A DNA stretch of 64,000 nucleotides, taken from Cyanidioschyzon merolae. Its lineage: Eukaryota. Positions within the stretch are counted from its first letter, which is position 1, and each line of letters starts with the position of its first letter. Below, piece by piece: positions 20,838 to 31,882 of the stretch. The notes beneath the pieces were generated by a model. The model was not told the DNA's origin, searched no databases, and saw nothing but the letters and a program-made list of their open reading frames with translations. The stretch lies in the NCBI GenBank assembly GCA_000091205.1, contig AP006496.2; one strand, 5' to 3'. Made by a program: the position numbers and the translations under genes.

Positions 20838-21647
20838 GTGGCAGAAGCAACGCAGTGCCGCGCTTCCATGTGGATCAATCAGCGCGAGCCAACCGGTAAA
20901 CGACTCCGAGAGCGTGTGCTGGTGCTGCTGCTTGCGACGCTCTGGCGACCGTTTACGGCCATGGCTCGCTTCTTACGCCTCCGTGGCGGGGCAAACCGTG
21001 GCCCAATAGTGCTTACGCTGGACGAGGTTGAGTTTTTGATTGATTGTCTGCCACCGCCACCGGAAGCAAGCGCGTTACGCGGACGCCTGAACGCGCTCCT
21101 GGGCGCACTTCGCAGTGGACAGCCGGTACCGGCGGAGGTCGCAGGAGAGCGTCCTTCCTCAAGGAGCCCTTCGGTGGATCACGAAGTTCGCGGCAGTCGC
21201 TATCGCTCACCAGCACTCACAGTTGATGCGGCAGTGCTTCGTGGACCGCGGGAGGCACTCGAGATCCTGCTTGTGACGCGTGCTCGAGAACCTTTCAAGG
21301 GTAAGCTCGCGTTCCCTGGTGGTTTCGTCGAGTACAACGAGGATCCTCAGGACGCTGTGGTTCGCGAGTTGGCCGAGGAATGTGGTATTCAGGCCAAGAA
21401 CCCGCAGCTCGTGGCGGTGCGAGGACACCCCTCCAGGGATCCGCGGCAGCATGTCGTAACTGTATGTTACAAACTGGATATTGAAGGACAGCATGAGCCT
21501 CGCGCAGGCGACGATGCCGCCAACGCCGGCTGGTACGCCGTCGAGACGCTCTTGAAGAGCCACGAGGGCCGTGCTCGCCTTGCGTTTGATCACGCGGATC
21601 TGTTAGCGCAACTGGCAGCGTGGCTTGACCAGCGACACCGACGCTGA
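20838..21647 (+). CDS. NUDIX hydrolase (ADP-ribose pyrophosphatase-like).
   Basis: Nudix box GGFVEYNEDPQDAVVRELAEECGI (GX5EX7REUXEEXGU). The true start may be an internal Met. Confidence 0.8.
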   Translation: MAEATQCRASMWINQREPTGKRLRERVLVLLLATLWRPFTAMARFLRLRGGANRGPIVLTLDEVEFLIDCLPPPPEASALRGRLNALLGALRSGQPVPAEVAGERPSSRSPSVDHEVRGSRYRSPALTVDAAVLRGPREALEILLVTRAREPFKGKLAFPGGFVEYNEDPQDAVVRELAEECGIQAKNPQLVAVRGHPSRDPRQHVVTVCYKLDIEGQHEPRAGDDAANAGWYAVETLLKSHEGRARLAFDHADLLAQLAAWLDQRHRR

Positions 21648-21956
21648 GCACTGGAAAACAGTTGCGGGCATCCGCAGAGCGATGCGCTTTGCAAGACCTC
21701 GGAAGGACTGTCGCGATGCAACCGGGGCGTCATTGGAGCATGCCCAATCGATGCTGCTGCTGCTGCTGCTGCTGCACATGAATATGGACCGGGAAAACAC
21801 AGGAATGGCAGGATCATCGATCGACTGCAGCCTTGTTTCCAGCGTAGGATGCGACGCAGTGCCCGGGCACTGGACGCTGCTGAACAGCATGGCGGACGGA
21901 ACTCGGCGGGCGCCGCGCACGATGGTCCGGTTTCTTTGTGCGATATCGAAAGAGCA

Positions 21957-22575
21957 TACAGGATCAGGGGCACCGCGAACATCACACCACGAATATGTCT
22001 GCTTTGGATGGTAACGTACAGAAACATAGAAGATTAAGGGCAGTTTGCTTTGAGCGATATCATGCAGAAACGTACAGGATCAGGGGCAGCGCGAACATCA
22101 CACCACGAATATGTGCGCTTTGAATGGTAACGTACAGAAACATAGAAGATTAAGGGCAGTTTGCTTTGAGCGATATCATGCAGAAACGTACAGGATCAGG
22201 GGCAGCGCGAACATCACACCACGAATATGTGCGCTTTGAATGGTAACGTACAGAAACATAGAAGATTAAGGGCAGTTTGCTTTGAGCGATATCATGCAGA
22301 AACGTACAGGATCAGGGGCAGCGCGAACATCACACCACGAATATGTGCGCTTTGAATGGTAACGTACAGAAACATAGAAGATTAAGGGCAGTTTGCTTTG
22401 AGCGATATCATGCAGAAACGTACAGGATCAGGGGCAGCGCGAACATCACACCACGAATATGTGCGCTTTGAATGGTAACGTACAGAAACATAGAAGATTA
22501 AGGGCAGTTTGCTTTGAGCGATATCATGCAGAAACGTACAGGATCAGGGGCAGCGCGAAGAACGCGCGCGAATCC
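21957..22575. repeat. Tandem satellite of a 119-bp unit, about 5.2 copies.
   Basis: The unit tacaggatcaggggcagcgcgaacatcacaccacgaatatgtgcgctttgaatggtaacgtacagaaacatagaagattaagggcagtttgctttgagcgatatcatgcagaaacg recurs at 21957, 22076, 22195, 22314 and 22433. The first and last copies are diverged. Confidence 0.9.
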
Positions 22576-23798
22576 GATTGTCGATTTGCAGGAACGAGGC
22601 GCCCGCCATCGATGTGCACTGCGACTGCCGCGAGGCGGCATCCGGAATAAGCATCATCAAGGCGCCCTGTTTCTTTACGAAGGTTTGCTGACGTCGCAGC
22701 AAGCGTCTGAGGTAGGTTCAGCACCCAAAGGGTCGCTGGTTCAGGTAAGCGTCTCCCCCTCACCGGAGTAAAGCACGTGCATAGATAGATAGAAGTGAAA
22801 ACGTTTGTGCAGGAACTTGAGTCTGTTCCCTGATTCCTCGTAACATTCGTTTCTCTGGGGATACATCATCAAATTCAATACTTCTCAATCATAAAAAATA
22901 CCGATGCTTTTCCGTGCAGGATTATCAAGGACACTTTCCCGGCGGCATCAAGAAGCCGCAACATACGATCGCCAACGCCTAAAACCCCGGAACGGTAGCG
23001 TTCTACGTGCCCGTTCGCCGCTGGACAATGGTCGATCACCGTACTGGTGCCTCGAATACGTCATTCCTGGATCCCATCGCAGCCAATGCATCTGTTTAGC
23101 GTGCATCCAAGGAGCGCGAGGCGCTCCCAGCAACGATACTGAGTACCAGCGTGGCGTGCGCACATCACACATTGTTGGACAAAACTTTTCCTTTATTCGT
23201 TGACCAGGATCGAGCGCCGTGGAGCTAACCAGACCTCCGGTGAATCGGTTGCCACTCTCCCGATCTTCCATATTCGTCTGCGAGTGGAGAACTGGACAAA
23301 GCAGAGCGCCGAAGCGCGCATCCGTGCTCCGGCGGCGCCGATGTGCCTCATCTGCTTTCCTCGACTGCAGGCAAGAAACGCTGCGTTCAAGAAGCGTCTG
23401 GACACTCAAGGCAGTTCTCGAGAACTTCGACCGTTCCAAACGCGAAAGCGGCACCCGCTGCGTCCTGCTCCCCCGCCGTTGCCAATGTCGCTGCCGCTAG
23501 CGTCCTACGGGCTGCTCCTACCTGTCCAAGCAGCGCTCCGTTTGACTGCTCACCGCTGCTCGTTATCCAAAGTCAAGCCCCAATATTCTGCGCATGCGCT
23601 CGCGCTGCGGACTGCGTCAAAGTTGCGTACCTCACTAGACCAGGTACAAACCAGTGTTCCGGTTGCAGTCGCTCCGACGAACAGGGACCTCTTGGCCTCT
23701 AGCGAACCGGCGGAGACGCTGCGCGCGAGTGACCGACACGTTTCGCGCCACTTGGTATCGCAGCTGAGCGAGCGCCGGGTTGTACTCGCTCGTTCTTC

Positions 23799-26135
23799 AT
23801 GAAAACGAGCGAACAAGTGGAAAGAGGGGTCTGTTCATACTGCGAAGAGCTCTTGTTCGCCAAGAATAAAGCGGAGAGAGAGGCGCTGGCGCATCCACTG
23901 CTGGGTTCGCGTTGGTCGCAGGTTTGGTTGTGCTTGCGATGCCGAAAAACCGTGCAGCAGCTCCGATCGCGTGGTGCTCGTTCGTCACCGGGAAAACGGG
24001 AACGCAACGGCAGACCGTTGCCTGCAACTGAAGTTCGCTGTGCTGTCTGTGCAGACAGTGGTAGGCGTCAGTTATGCTGTCAGCGCTGTGGTGCTACGTT
24101 CTGTAATCGCTGCTTCGGTTGCACGCTGGGCGACTGGCGTACTCCTCCGTGCGCTCTCGGTAGCGAAGGCCTGCGAATTGTGCAGCGTTTGAACGCGATT
24201 CTTTGGAAAAAGGGAGTGGAACCGCTCGATGAGCGTGTTTCCTTGCTACCAGCACCAGCCTGGATGTGCCCCCTCTGTTGTCGTGAGCAGGGTTTGAGGC
24301 TGGCTTTTGAAAGCTGGCTCAAGGACCTGCCGGAAGCACCACAACGCGGACGACTAGCGGAATGGACGACTTTCCGAGAGCGATACGATTATCGCAGCTG
24401 GAACCCGTGGTGGCTGTGGTGCGGCTCGCTCAAGCTGCCTCAGGTTTGGACCCAGTGCAGCGCGGGGAGCAAGCTGACTCAGCTTTTCGACGCGGCCTTT
24501 TCTGGCGACTGGAAGCGCGTCCAGACAGTGCATGAAGACTATGGAAAGCTTTTAACCGCATTGGAAGAGCTGCATATGGCGTCTGGCGGAGCTTTCCCGA
24601 GTCGGCAGCAGCGGTTCCGCCACATGCGAAGGGGCATGGCGGAGCCGCTCCGGCTAAACGCGCGTGCACAGGAACTGCTCGAACGGTACCCGACAGGGCC
24701 TACTGAGTCAGACGCTTTACAGCTTGATTGCACCGAACACGATTCAGGCTTGGTGCATGACTGGTATCGAGTCTACTCCATATTGTGTATCGCGATTCGA
24801 GAGCTGCTCGTGGCGGTTGCGTGGTCGCGGTTAGTCTGCGCATCGGTGGTGCCGGAGTTGTGGTTGCCGGTCCAGCGCCACGTTCTTGAAGCGCTTCCCT
24901 TCAGATGGGATGATCTCTGGAGTCGACACGGGACGATATGTTTCCGCTGCGGACGTCCAGGCGGCAGCGGAGAGCTGCTCCACCGCTGCGATATTCCCGG
25001 CTGCGGCAAAGTCTACCATGCCTCGTGCGTCAGTTGTCTCTCGCGGGCACCCTATTTCACGAACGGCTCTGATTTGACGGAACGACGACACTGGTATTGC
25101 CCCTGGCATTTCGACCGATCTACCGGATGGTACCTGCCCAGCGAGCCCTATCCGAGCGACTTTATCAGCTTGCTGGAAGCGCATGCGTCAGCGCTTCCGT
25201 CCGATACGCTCGAACGTATCCCGTGGCTGGGTGTCGTTCCACGGAGCGATGGCTGGCGGTTACCCGCTGACGAGTCGGCAGCCTCGGAGCACGCGGCAGT
25301 GGATCGATCGACAGATGGGCACAGTTCGGGCACCTTGACGACCACGCAAGTGCCGCCTTTTCGAGCGGTTCAGTGTCGCACGTGCCCGTTCAGTTGCTCG
25401 ATTCCCAACCAAGCAGGTTGGCCAGAAGACCATTCCGAATGGTACGTATGGGATGCAGGTATCATAAGCTGCTGCTCGTGTAGCGTTTGGCTGGAACCTC
25501 CCCAAGGTCAAGATCCGACGGAGCTAGCGTGCGTCGCAGCTACCTGGAAAGATGCAGGTGCTTCGACGCGTGTCCAGCGGGCGACACAACGACACGATAA
25601 GCGACAGCGCCTCGCAACAGCACCAAGTCCGGCATCCAGGCATTCGGTAGCGCCGAGCGCCCCATCCGCAGCAACCTTTGCAAAGATGATTCGCCAGGCC
25701 GCTCACGAGGGCGCAGCGCGCATCCAGGAAGCGAAAGCGCGTGGTGATGTCCCTCTTGTCCAGGGACGCAGCGGGGAGTACATCGACGCCCTCGAGTATG
25801 TTCGAGCGGAATACGAGAAATACGAAAAAGGAAATACAGGTGCCGTCGTTGGAATCATGGCGGCGCTGAAAAGCGCAAATGGAAAGCCGGTCACGTTCTC
25901 GGAATTGACGCTTGAACTCTTACGCAGAGGCTGGTTCGTCACCACAGGCAAAACGCCGCAAATGACAATAGCTGCGTTCTTCAGTACCAGACGCCAACGA
26001 TTGATGGAGCAGGGCCAGACATGCACATGGTTCGAGTGGCTCGGCAGTGCACGCGTACGCTGGTGTCTTGACACGCCTGCCGCGGCCGTCGACGACGAGT
26101 CAAGCGCAGCGCCTGCTGACTCCGCTAATACGTGA
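23799..26135 (+). CDS. Putative chromatin-associated protein with PHD-type zinc fingers and a C-terminal HARE-HTH domain.
   Basis: Cys/His-rich PHD-like segments (CAVCADSG...CQRCGATFCNRCFGC and CFRCGRPGGSGELLHRCDIPGCGKVYHASCV...WYCPWHF). The C-terminal segment YIDALEYVRAEY...AVVGIMAALKSANGKPVTFSELTLELLRRGWFVTTGKTPQMTIAAFFS...WFEWLGSARVRW resembles the HARE-HTH winged helix of ASXL/HB1. Confidence 0.6.
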   Translation: MKTSEQVERGVCSYCEELLFAKNKAEREALAHPLLGSRWSQVWLCLRCRKTVQQLRSRGARSSPGKRERNGRPLPATEVRCAVCADSGRRQLCCQRCGATFCNRCFGCTLGDWRTPPCALGSEGLRIVQRLNAILWKKGVEPLDERVSLLPAPAWMCPLCCREQGLRLAFESWLKDLPEAPQRGRLAEWTTFRERYDYRSWNPWWLWCGSLKLPQVWTQCSAGSKLTQLFDAAFSGDWKRVQTVHEDYGKLLTALEELHMASGGAFPSRQQRFRHMRRGMAEPLRLNARAQELLERYPTGPTESDALQLDCTEHDSGLVHDWYRVYSILCIAIRELLVAVAWSRLVCASVVPELWLPVQRHVLEALPFRWDDLWSRHGTICFRCGRPGGSGELLHRCDIPGCGKVYHASCVSCLSRAPYFTNGSDLTERRHWYCPWHFDRSTGWYLPSEPYPSDFISLLEAHASALPSDTLERIPWLGVVPRSDGWRLPADESAASEHAAVDRSTDGHSSGTLTTTQVPPFRAVQCRTCPFSCSIPNQAGWPEDHSEWYVWDAGIISCCSCSVWLEPPQGQDPTELACVAATWKDAGASTRVQRATQRHDKRQRLATAPSPASRHSVAPSAPSAATFAKMIRQAAHEGAARIQEAKARGDVPLVQGRSGEYIDALEYVRAEYEKYEKGNTGAVVGIMAALKSANGKPVTFSELTLELLRRGWFVTTGKTPQMTIAAFFSTRRQRLMEQGQTCTWFEWLGSARVRWCLDTPAAAVDDESSAAPADSANT

Positions 26136-27029
26136 CTGGCTGTACCTCTGAGATGCCGAGGACACATATCGGGCCGTGCTCGCGTATTAGAGTCATTGCG
26201 CGCACTGTTTGTGCATGGACCTTGTGAATACGTCATGTCCATCGGGAAGATGTGAAGGAACGCTCTCCAACTGTACCGAGCGACAGCGCAAACGCGGCAA
26301 AGAGATCACCGAGAAGCCATTCGGGCAGCGATGGCGAGCAGTTCGCGTCAGGCGAGCATCGACTGGTTTCCCTAGACGCCAAGCGTGAGCTCTGGCTTGG
26401 GTACTCCATCTGGCAATGAGCGGCGAACGCAATCGCAAGTTGGTTATTATGGAGCGAGGACAACATATAGATCGCAGCGGTGCATGGACTCTGCATTTAT
26501 GGAGCATCGAAACGGCCTGGGAAGCGCTCGTTTCGCTCGTACGTTTATGTAGCAGCGGCGCCGATTTCGGGCCTTGCTGACGGTTAAAGGAGCTCTCGGC
26601 ATCGAGGCTGGCTGCTGGCTCCGCAGCATCGACCTCTGCGAACATAGACGCAGCCGCTCTGCCGTCGAAATTCCTACTTGTCGCATATGGTCGATCCGTC
26701 TTCAACTACGCCCTGCGCTGGGCACAGCGACGCGGTACCTCCTCGAGAGCAAGCCAGGGCATGCGAGCTGCAGCTTCTTGCGTGTGCAAGCGCGCGCGCT
26801 CTCGCGTCGCACCTGTTCGTGACCTGCAGCACGGCAGCGGCTTTCGGCCCCCGCAAACATGCTGCAAGCAAAACATGGCGTAGCGTTCGGCGCCCTACAG
26901 ACCAAGCAGCGCCACACAGCGTGGATGCATCGGATCGGTGGGAGCATTGGCCCTGAGTCGCGCTCGAAGGCATCTGGCCAGAGGCACCAAGATCCATTTG
27001 TATTCGATAGCATGCGTGCTGTTCGAGGA

Positions 27030-27719
27030 TCACTTGAGCAGTCTGCGAGTGAGCGTTGTTTTCGCATAATTTAAGGCTTCGGCGAAACCCTGCTCGCTGA
27101 GGTTCAACACCCGTGGCAGCACTGGTGCGATCCGCTCTCGCACTTCCGTTGGGTCAACTTCCAGAATCGCACCAGAGTCGTCTAGAACCTCGTCTACAAC
27201 TAGTAGCAGCGTTTCATAGTTGCGGAGAATTTGCAGCTCACTGAGCTCTCCGATCAGCGCTCCCAGAGCGTTTGTTAGACAGCTCAGCACCTGCGAAAAG
27301 ACTATCTCGTTCTCCGCAAGTGACACGACCAATAAGAAACAAACGTCAACGCCACTGCGGTAGAGTATGACAAAGTTATCGCTCACGAGCACGTCGTTAT
27401 CACCCAGCAGACCCGCCGCAGAGCCCACTGCCGCGAAGGTACCGGGGTCCAGCCCGGCCGTCCAGTAGCTGTCTGCAGCGGCTTCGGAGCTGCCAGCGCT
27501 TCGCCAGAGCTGATGCAGCTGCTCTTCAAAGTGCTTTTTGGAGCGCTCGTCTGTAAAGCGTTCCTCGTCATAGTAGCGAGCCAGCAAACGTGAGCCCCGT
27601 GCGCTCTGCACCAACAGTACCGACGCTCGTGGCTGCTGCACCGGCATTATGGTTGCGTTACTCGGGAGACAAGCGCCGCCTTTCCGCAGCGTCTCTCCAA
27701 GGCAGTGATCAGCTGCCAC
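27030..27719 (-). CDS. Coatomer (COPI) zeta subunit (AP-complex sigma/zeta longin-like family).
   Basis: SVLLVQSARGSRLLARYYDE...FVILYRSGVDVCFLLVVSLAENEIVFSQVLSCLTNAL...LLLVVDEVLDDSGAILEVDPTEV matches zeta-COP (LFAKYYDD..., AVDEIVDGGVILESDP). The likely start is MPVQQP at 27647. A 35-aa internal insertion may be a small in-frame intron. Confidence 0.8.
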   Translation of the reverse strand: MAADHCLGETLRKGGACLPSNATIMPVQQPRASVLLVQSARGSRLLARYYDEERFTDERSKKHFEEQLHQLWRSAGSSEAAADSYWTAGLDPGTFAAVGSAAGLLGDNDVLVSDNFVILYRSGVDVCFLLVVSLAENEIVFSQVLSCLTNALGALIGELSELQILRNYETLLLVVDEVLDDSGAILEVDPTEVRERIAPVLPRVLNLSEQGFAEALNYAKTTLTRRLLK

Positions 27720-28803
27720 CTGAGATGATTTCCGGGGGATTTCCCTAAAAAGCGAACGACCAATATGCAGGCACTGCGATCACCTGTGCAGCCAAGCACA
27801 ACGGCAACGTCGTACTTTCCGGCAGTAGAGGCAAAACGGTCAAGTGTGCGCGGGTCAGATGCGGCGCGCTTCAGGAGAAGCGGGTAGGCGCGCGCAGTCG
27901 CTTACAGGACTCTTGGACACAAACATATTTTACTGTATATCATGGTATAAGGTGGACAATAAGTTTCCTGCCGATCAAACGGCATCGATGCATCAACACA
28001 GGGTGCGGTGTAGCGCTCAGACGAGCGAGTGCTGCTGGTGCCCAAGGCACGCGACACGCATTCCGCAAAGACGCTTGTACATTCGGCAAGCTGCGAAAAC
28101 GTGTCTGCTTCAGGAATATGGATTCAACGTATCCAGCGACGCATGCTCTCGTGACGAACGATGGATGCATCCAACAGGATGTTTTCGGAGGTGCGTGCTT
28201 GCTGGCGGCAAACGGGAAAGCAACGATCAGAGCGACGCTTCAGATTCCGCTGTGTTCCACGAACGCCACTATTGACTTTCGGCCGAGATGATGAGCACGA
28301 GACACCTGGCGTCCATCATGCGGTAGTCGGATCTCGTACGGGTGCCTGCAGTGATGCTGGATGATATGCCGCCGCTGCGAAACGCTTTGCAGTGCCTCTG
28401 TGGGTGTCGGGCACAGGGCGGATCACGTTGACGCATCTTCTGCAATTCACTGAACAAGAAAACGAACCTTTGGAGGCACGAATATTGGGCGTCATGTGGC
28501 GAAATCCCAGCATACGCCAACTTGTCTGCGGGGAGCGTCCTACGGATGATCTCCAGCGTCGGCGCCTGTACGAGACCGCACGCTGGGCGCCGTCGAGTGC
28601 GCGTGTCTATGAACGTGGCACTAGTACGCGGTCTCGCTGGGAAGCTGCACGTGAGCGCACATCGCGCCTCCCTAAACACACTCGGCAAGTGTAACGGAGC
28701 CTAGTTTCTGCAAAGCTGGCGTGAGCAGTCCGCGCGCGACCGGCTGAGGGGTGCCGGCGCGTTTGGAAAGCGCCACCCACAGACGCACAGGCTCGAGGGT
28801 TCG

Positions 28804-30243
28804 GTGGCGTCCTCCGCTGGTGTGCTAGCAGTGCGACAGATGCGGTGCTTACGCTTTGCAGATGGCCCCTGGAAGCCGTGCTCGTGTGCTTGCTCGTGTC
28901 GAAAGGCGACCACCAAGCGCTCCGCGCAGCGCTCATCTGTGCTGGCTACTGTCGATCCAAGCCGCTGGTTGAACCTGTCGAAGATTAAGGGCGCGCTCTC
29001 TAAGTCGATACAACACTTTCGACCACGGGTATGGAAATTGCTTCAGTTTTCAACGCTTGCGTATGCTGCCGTCGCGGGAGCGACAAGCATGCTGACTTGG
29101 CTCGCCACGCTGCAACCGAGCTTCTCACTCTATGCGCTCGTTCCGTTTACGTATCGTGTGCAGCGCCGACTGCACGCGCTAGCCCTCGACCACCCGGACC
29201 TGGAGACTAAACAATCGCAGCCGGCACCTGCCGTCTCAAAGGACGCCTTGGGTGCAGTGCACCGCGCGAAACAAAAGTTTGCGGATACGGTGCTGAAGCT
29301 GCTACTCGAAACACCGGGTATGCCGCCTGATCTGCAGGTTCAGGTCCATGTGGAGCGCGTACCTGCGAAACCGGCTTACCCAAACGAGCCCGAATTTGTA
29401 TTTGCCATCGACGACGGGCCGCTTTTCCAGACTCGCTGCGTCCAGCGCATAGCTGGACCGGTATCGTCCGAGACCGAGAACCCCTCTTCGTTTGACGTGT
29501 ACGTCTCAGCCGAAATGGAGCCTGCACTCATTCCCGCGGCATTGTCGCATGCTTTGGCGCATGGCGTGGCAAATCATGCGGCTGAGGCACTTAGTGCGCT
29601 CTTTTATGGTGCAGTCCCGTTGAGCGCCTGGCGTCCAAGATGTCTTGTGAACATGATAGCACCTGCTTCGCTGGCTGCTCGCTGGGGAGGCGGCACAGCC
29701 GTCGCTGCCCACTGGGTCGTCGACACCTTGCAGCGCTTCCGCGCGCCCCTTGTGGCGTTGTGCATGCGACCTGTGCAGCGGCGTAACGAATTCGAGGCCG
29801 ACTTGATCGCTGCAACGATACTAGCTCGTATCGGCCTTGATCCTGCGAGCATGCTGGAGCTTCTGCGACACGCCGAGGCCGGTACGACGCTGCGGCTCAC
29901 CAGCGATGACAATGGCGGCCGTCATGCGGTGCACGCTGCAACCTGGAACCGTGACGCGCTGCCCTGGGCTCGCTATCCTTCCATTCAACGTCGCCGGCGT
30001 TCTCTGGAGCCACACATGGAACGTCTCAAGCGACTTGAAGCATTGGTTCAGAAAAGCGAGGGTGCACGAAATCGTCGCATTGCTGTCCTACGAGACCAGG
30101 TGCAGCGGGAGCTGGCTCGTTTCGAGCGTTCATCACGTTCGGCTCCGCAGGCTTCGACCGAACAGGGGCGTGTCTCAGAGCGGCGCAGTGCTGTTTCGGG
30201 AGACGCAAGTCCTGCATGGGGTTCATCCGCACAGGCGCGGTAG
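28804..30243 (+). CDS. Oma1-like M48-family metallopeptidase homolog with the catalytic Glu of the HExxH motif replaced by Ala (HALAH). This is a predicted pseudo-protease.
   Basis: ALSHALAHGVANHAAEAL aligns with Oma1 HEFAHQLARHTAENL, matching the pattern H-x-x-x-H-x-x-x-x-H-x-A-E. The downstream RRNEFEADLIAATILARIGLDPASMLELL aligns with the M48 ETEADYIGL...AGYDP motif. The codon is GCT (Ala), two substitutions away from Glu. Confidence 0.7.
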   Translation: MASSAGVLAVRQMRCLRFADGPWKPCSCACSCRKATTKRSAQRSSVLATVDPSRWLNLSKIKGALSKSIQHFRPRVWKLLQFSTLAYAAVAGATSMLTWLATLQPSFSLYALVPFTYRVQRRLHALALDHPDLETKQSQPAPAVSKDALGAVHRAKQKFADTVLKLLLETPGMPPDLQVQVHVERVPAKPAYPNEPEFVFAIDDGPLFQTRCVQRIAGPVSSETENPSSFDVYVSAEMEPALIPAALSHALAHGVANHAAEALSALFYGAVPLSAWRPRCLVNMIAPASLAARWGGGTAVAAHWVVDTLQRFRAPLVALCMRPVQRRNEFEADLIAATILARIGLDPASMLELLRHAEAGTTLRLTSDDNGGRHAVHAATWNRDALPWARYPSIQRRRRSLEPHMERLKRLEALVQKSEGARNRRIAVLRDQVQRELARFERSSRSAPQASTEQGRVSERRSAVSGDASPAWGSSAQAR

Positions 30244-30318
30244 TCATTGGCGTTAGGTTTCCGGGGCTGTGGCTCCAGCGCGCGCTGCAAAACCCGCGAC
30301 GGGCTGATATATCCGGCA

Positions 30319-31690
30319 CTGAACTGGAGGCTATTTTCCCGCCTTTTGATTTTTCCGAGGTTTTTTTCTGGAGATGTGCATGCTCGACGTTCGACGTGCA
30401 GCAGTAAAGGCGTACCGTTTCAGAGGTCGTTTACGGAATCTGTGACTTGCTTTCGGAGCGGCGCGTTCGGGTCTACCGCGCTTGGCACTCGGAACGTCAC
30501 CTGTAGCAACATGACTCGGTATGCACACGAACAAGCGCTCGCGGAATAACAGACATGATTATCCTTTTCAGACGCGTAAGACTCCAGCATTTGCCTTGCC
30601 TTGCGTGCAGCATGCTCGAATCGCACACATTCTTCAGGTTTTGGATCAGTCGATCCCGAGGCAACTGACGGGCGCTGCCATTCGCGCCACTTTCATACGG
30701 AAAGCGGAATCATGGGTGTCGTCGCTTGACGACTACTTCGAGCGCTCATGCCTCAAGTTCACAGAACATGTCACGTCAAGTAATCGACTCCGTTTTGGAA
30801 GACAAATGCTCCCCGCTTCGAGATCATCGACGGAACCGCGTTCGACAAGAACATCATACCTCAAAGCGGATATGCGCTGGGACGCTGTGGTTGCTTCTAT
30901 TTGCATGGAAAAGTGTCTGGGACACACCGAGTTGCGTCATCGTAGCGATCGCTTCCAGTGGGGCATGCGTCATCGCTTAGCACGAAGGGATCGGAGACTG
31001 ATCGGAATTTCTCGACTCCATCTCCAGCCTGGATATTTCTTCGAGGACTTGTTTCATCGTAAACAACATCGTTTGCCGCCAATACCCCACTGAACGGAGC
31101 AGTGACCGCTCACGCGTGGGCAGCGGACACTGTACTCGTCGACGAGATCGTCCAGAACAAGCCTTGCGATCGCTGGGTACGGTACCGAGCACAGCACCAG
31201 AGCAAGGCGTCGACGGGCGCCTGCTGGACACGTCAGGTGTACGTACTGGTCGATGATGCAACCGTCCACGTGCCACAGCGCGGATCTCGGAGGCGACGGT
31301 CTGGTGGCCATACGAAAACACCTGACCTCAGTCATTTGTCACAGCTGCAAAGCGCGCACCGAGGTTGTAAACGCAGAAAAAGAACACTGCAAGCGCAGTG
31401 CTGATCGCAACATTCGTATGAGCCTGGTATGCGTCGGCAACAGCCGGAGGCGGAGAAACCGGGACCTGCACGCTACCATCAATATTTGTCGTCCAAAGAC
31501 GACAGAACTGGACGCAGATGCATCAAGACCAGTGTATTGGAATCCGGATATACGGGCAACAGAGAGGACACACACACACTGAAACAGTCATCGACGAAAA
31601 ACGCGTGCAAACGCTTCTGTCGATGACACTTGCAAGGCATCCAAACTTTAGCGTGTACGCCCAAGTTAGCAAAGCAGACCTGTTCGACTT
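30319..31690 (+). mobile_element. Copy B (plus orientation) of the roughly 1.4-kb TnpB/Fanzor-like repeat family.
   Basis: The same ORF set as copy A with identical frame interruptions: 30521..31093 (190 aa), 31102..31404 (...TVLVDEIVQNKP...) and 31253..31582 (...CHSCKAR...NRDLHATINICRPK). The boundaries are set where similarity to copies A and C stops. Confidence 0.6.
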
Positions 31691-31882
31691 CATATACGCC
31701 CACACACGGATATACCAGGCATTCGTTTGTGTGCAGGCGCTCTGCGCTGCACTGCTACCGCCATCGCTGTGTCGCATTCTCACCGAAACGCCGTCCAGTG
31801 TTTGAAATCCCACTCCCTGTGTGGAAGCGCTGTCAAGCAGCACACCGACTGCGACACCCGGTTCGCGGACGGCGTGCTGCGC

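Noticed and set aside
21957-22575. Whether the 119-bp and 102-bp tandem arrays could be CRISPR arrays.
   Set aside because: The units are contiguous with no unique spacers, are far longer than CRISPR repeats, and the context is a eukaryotic nuclear genome.
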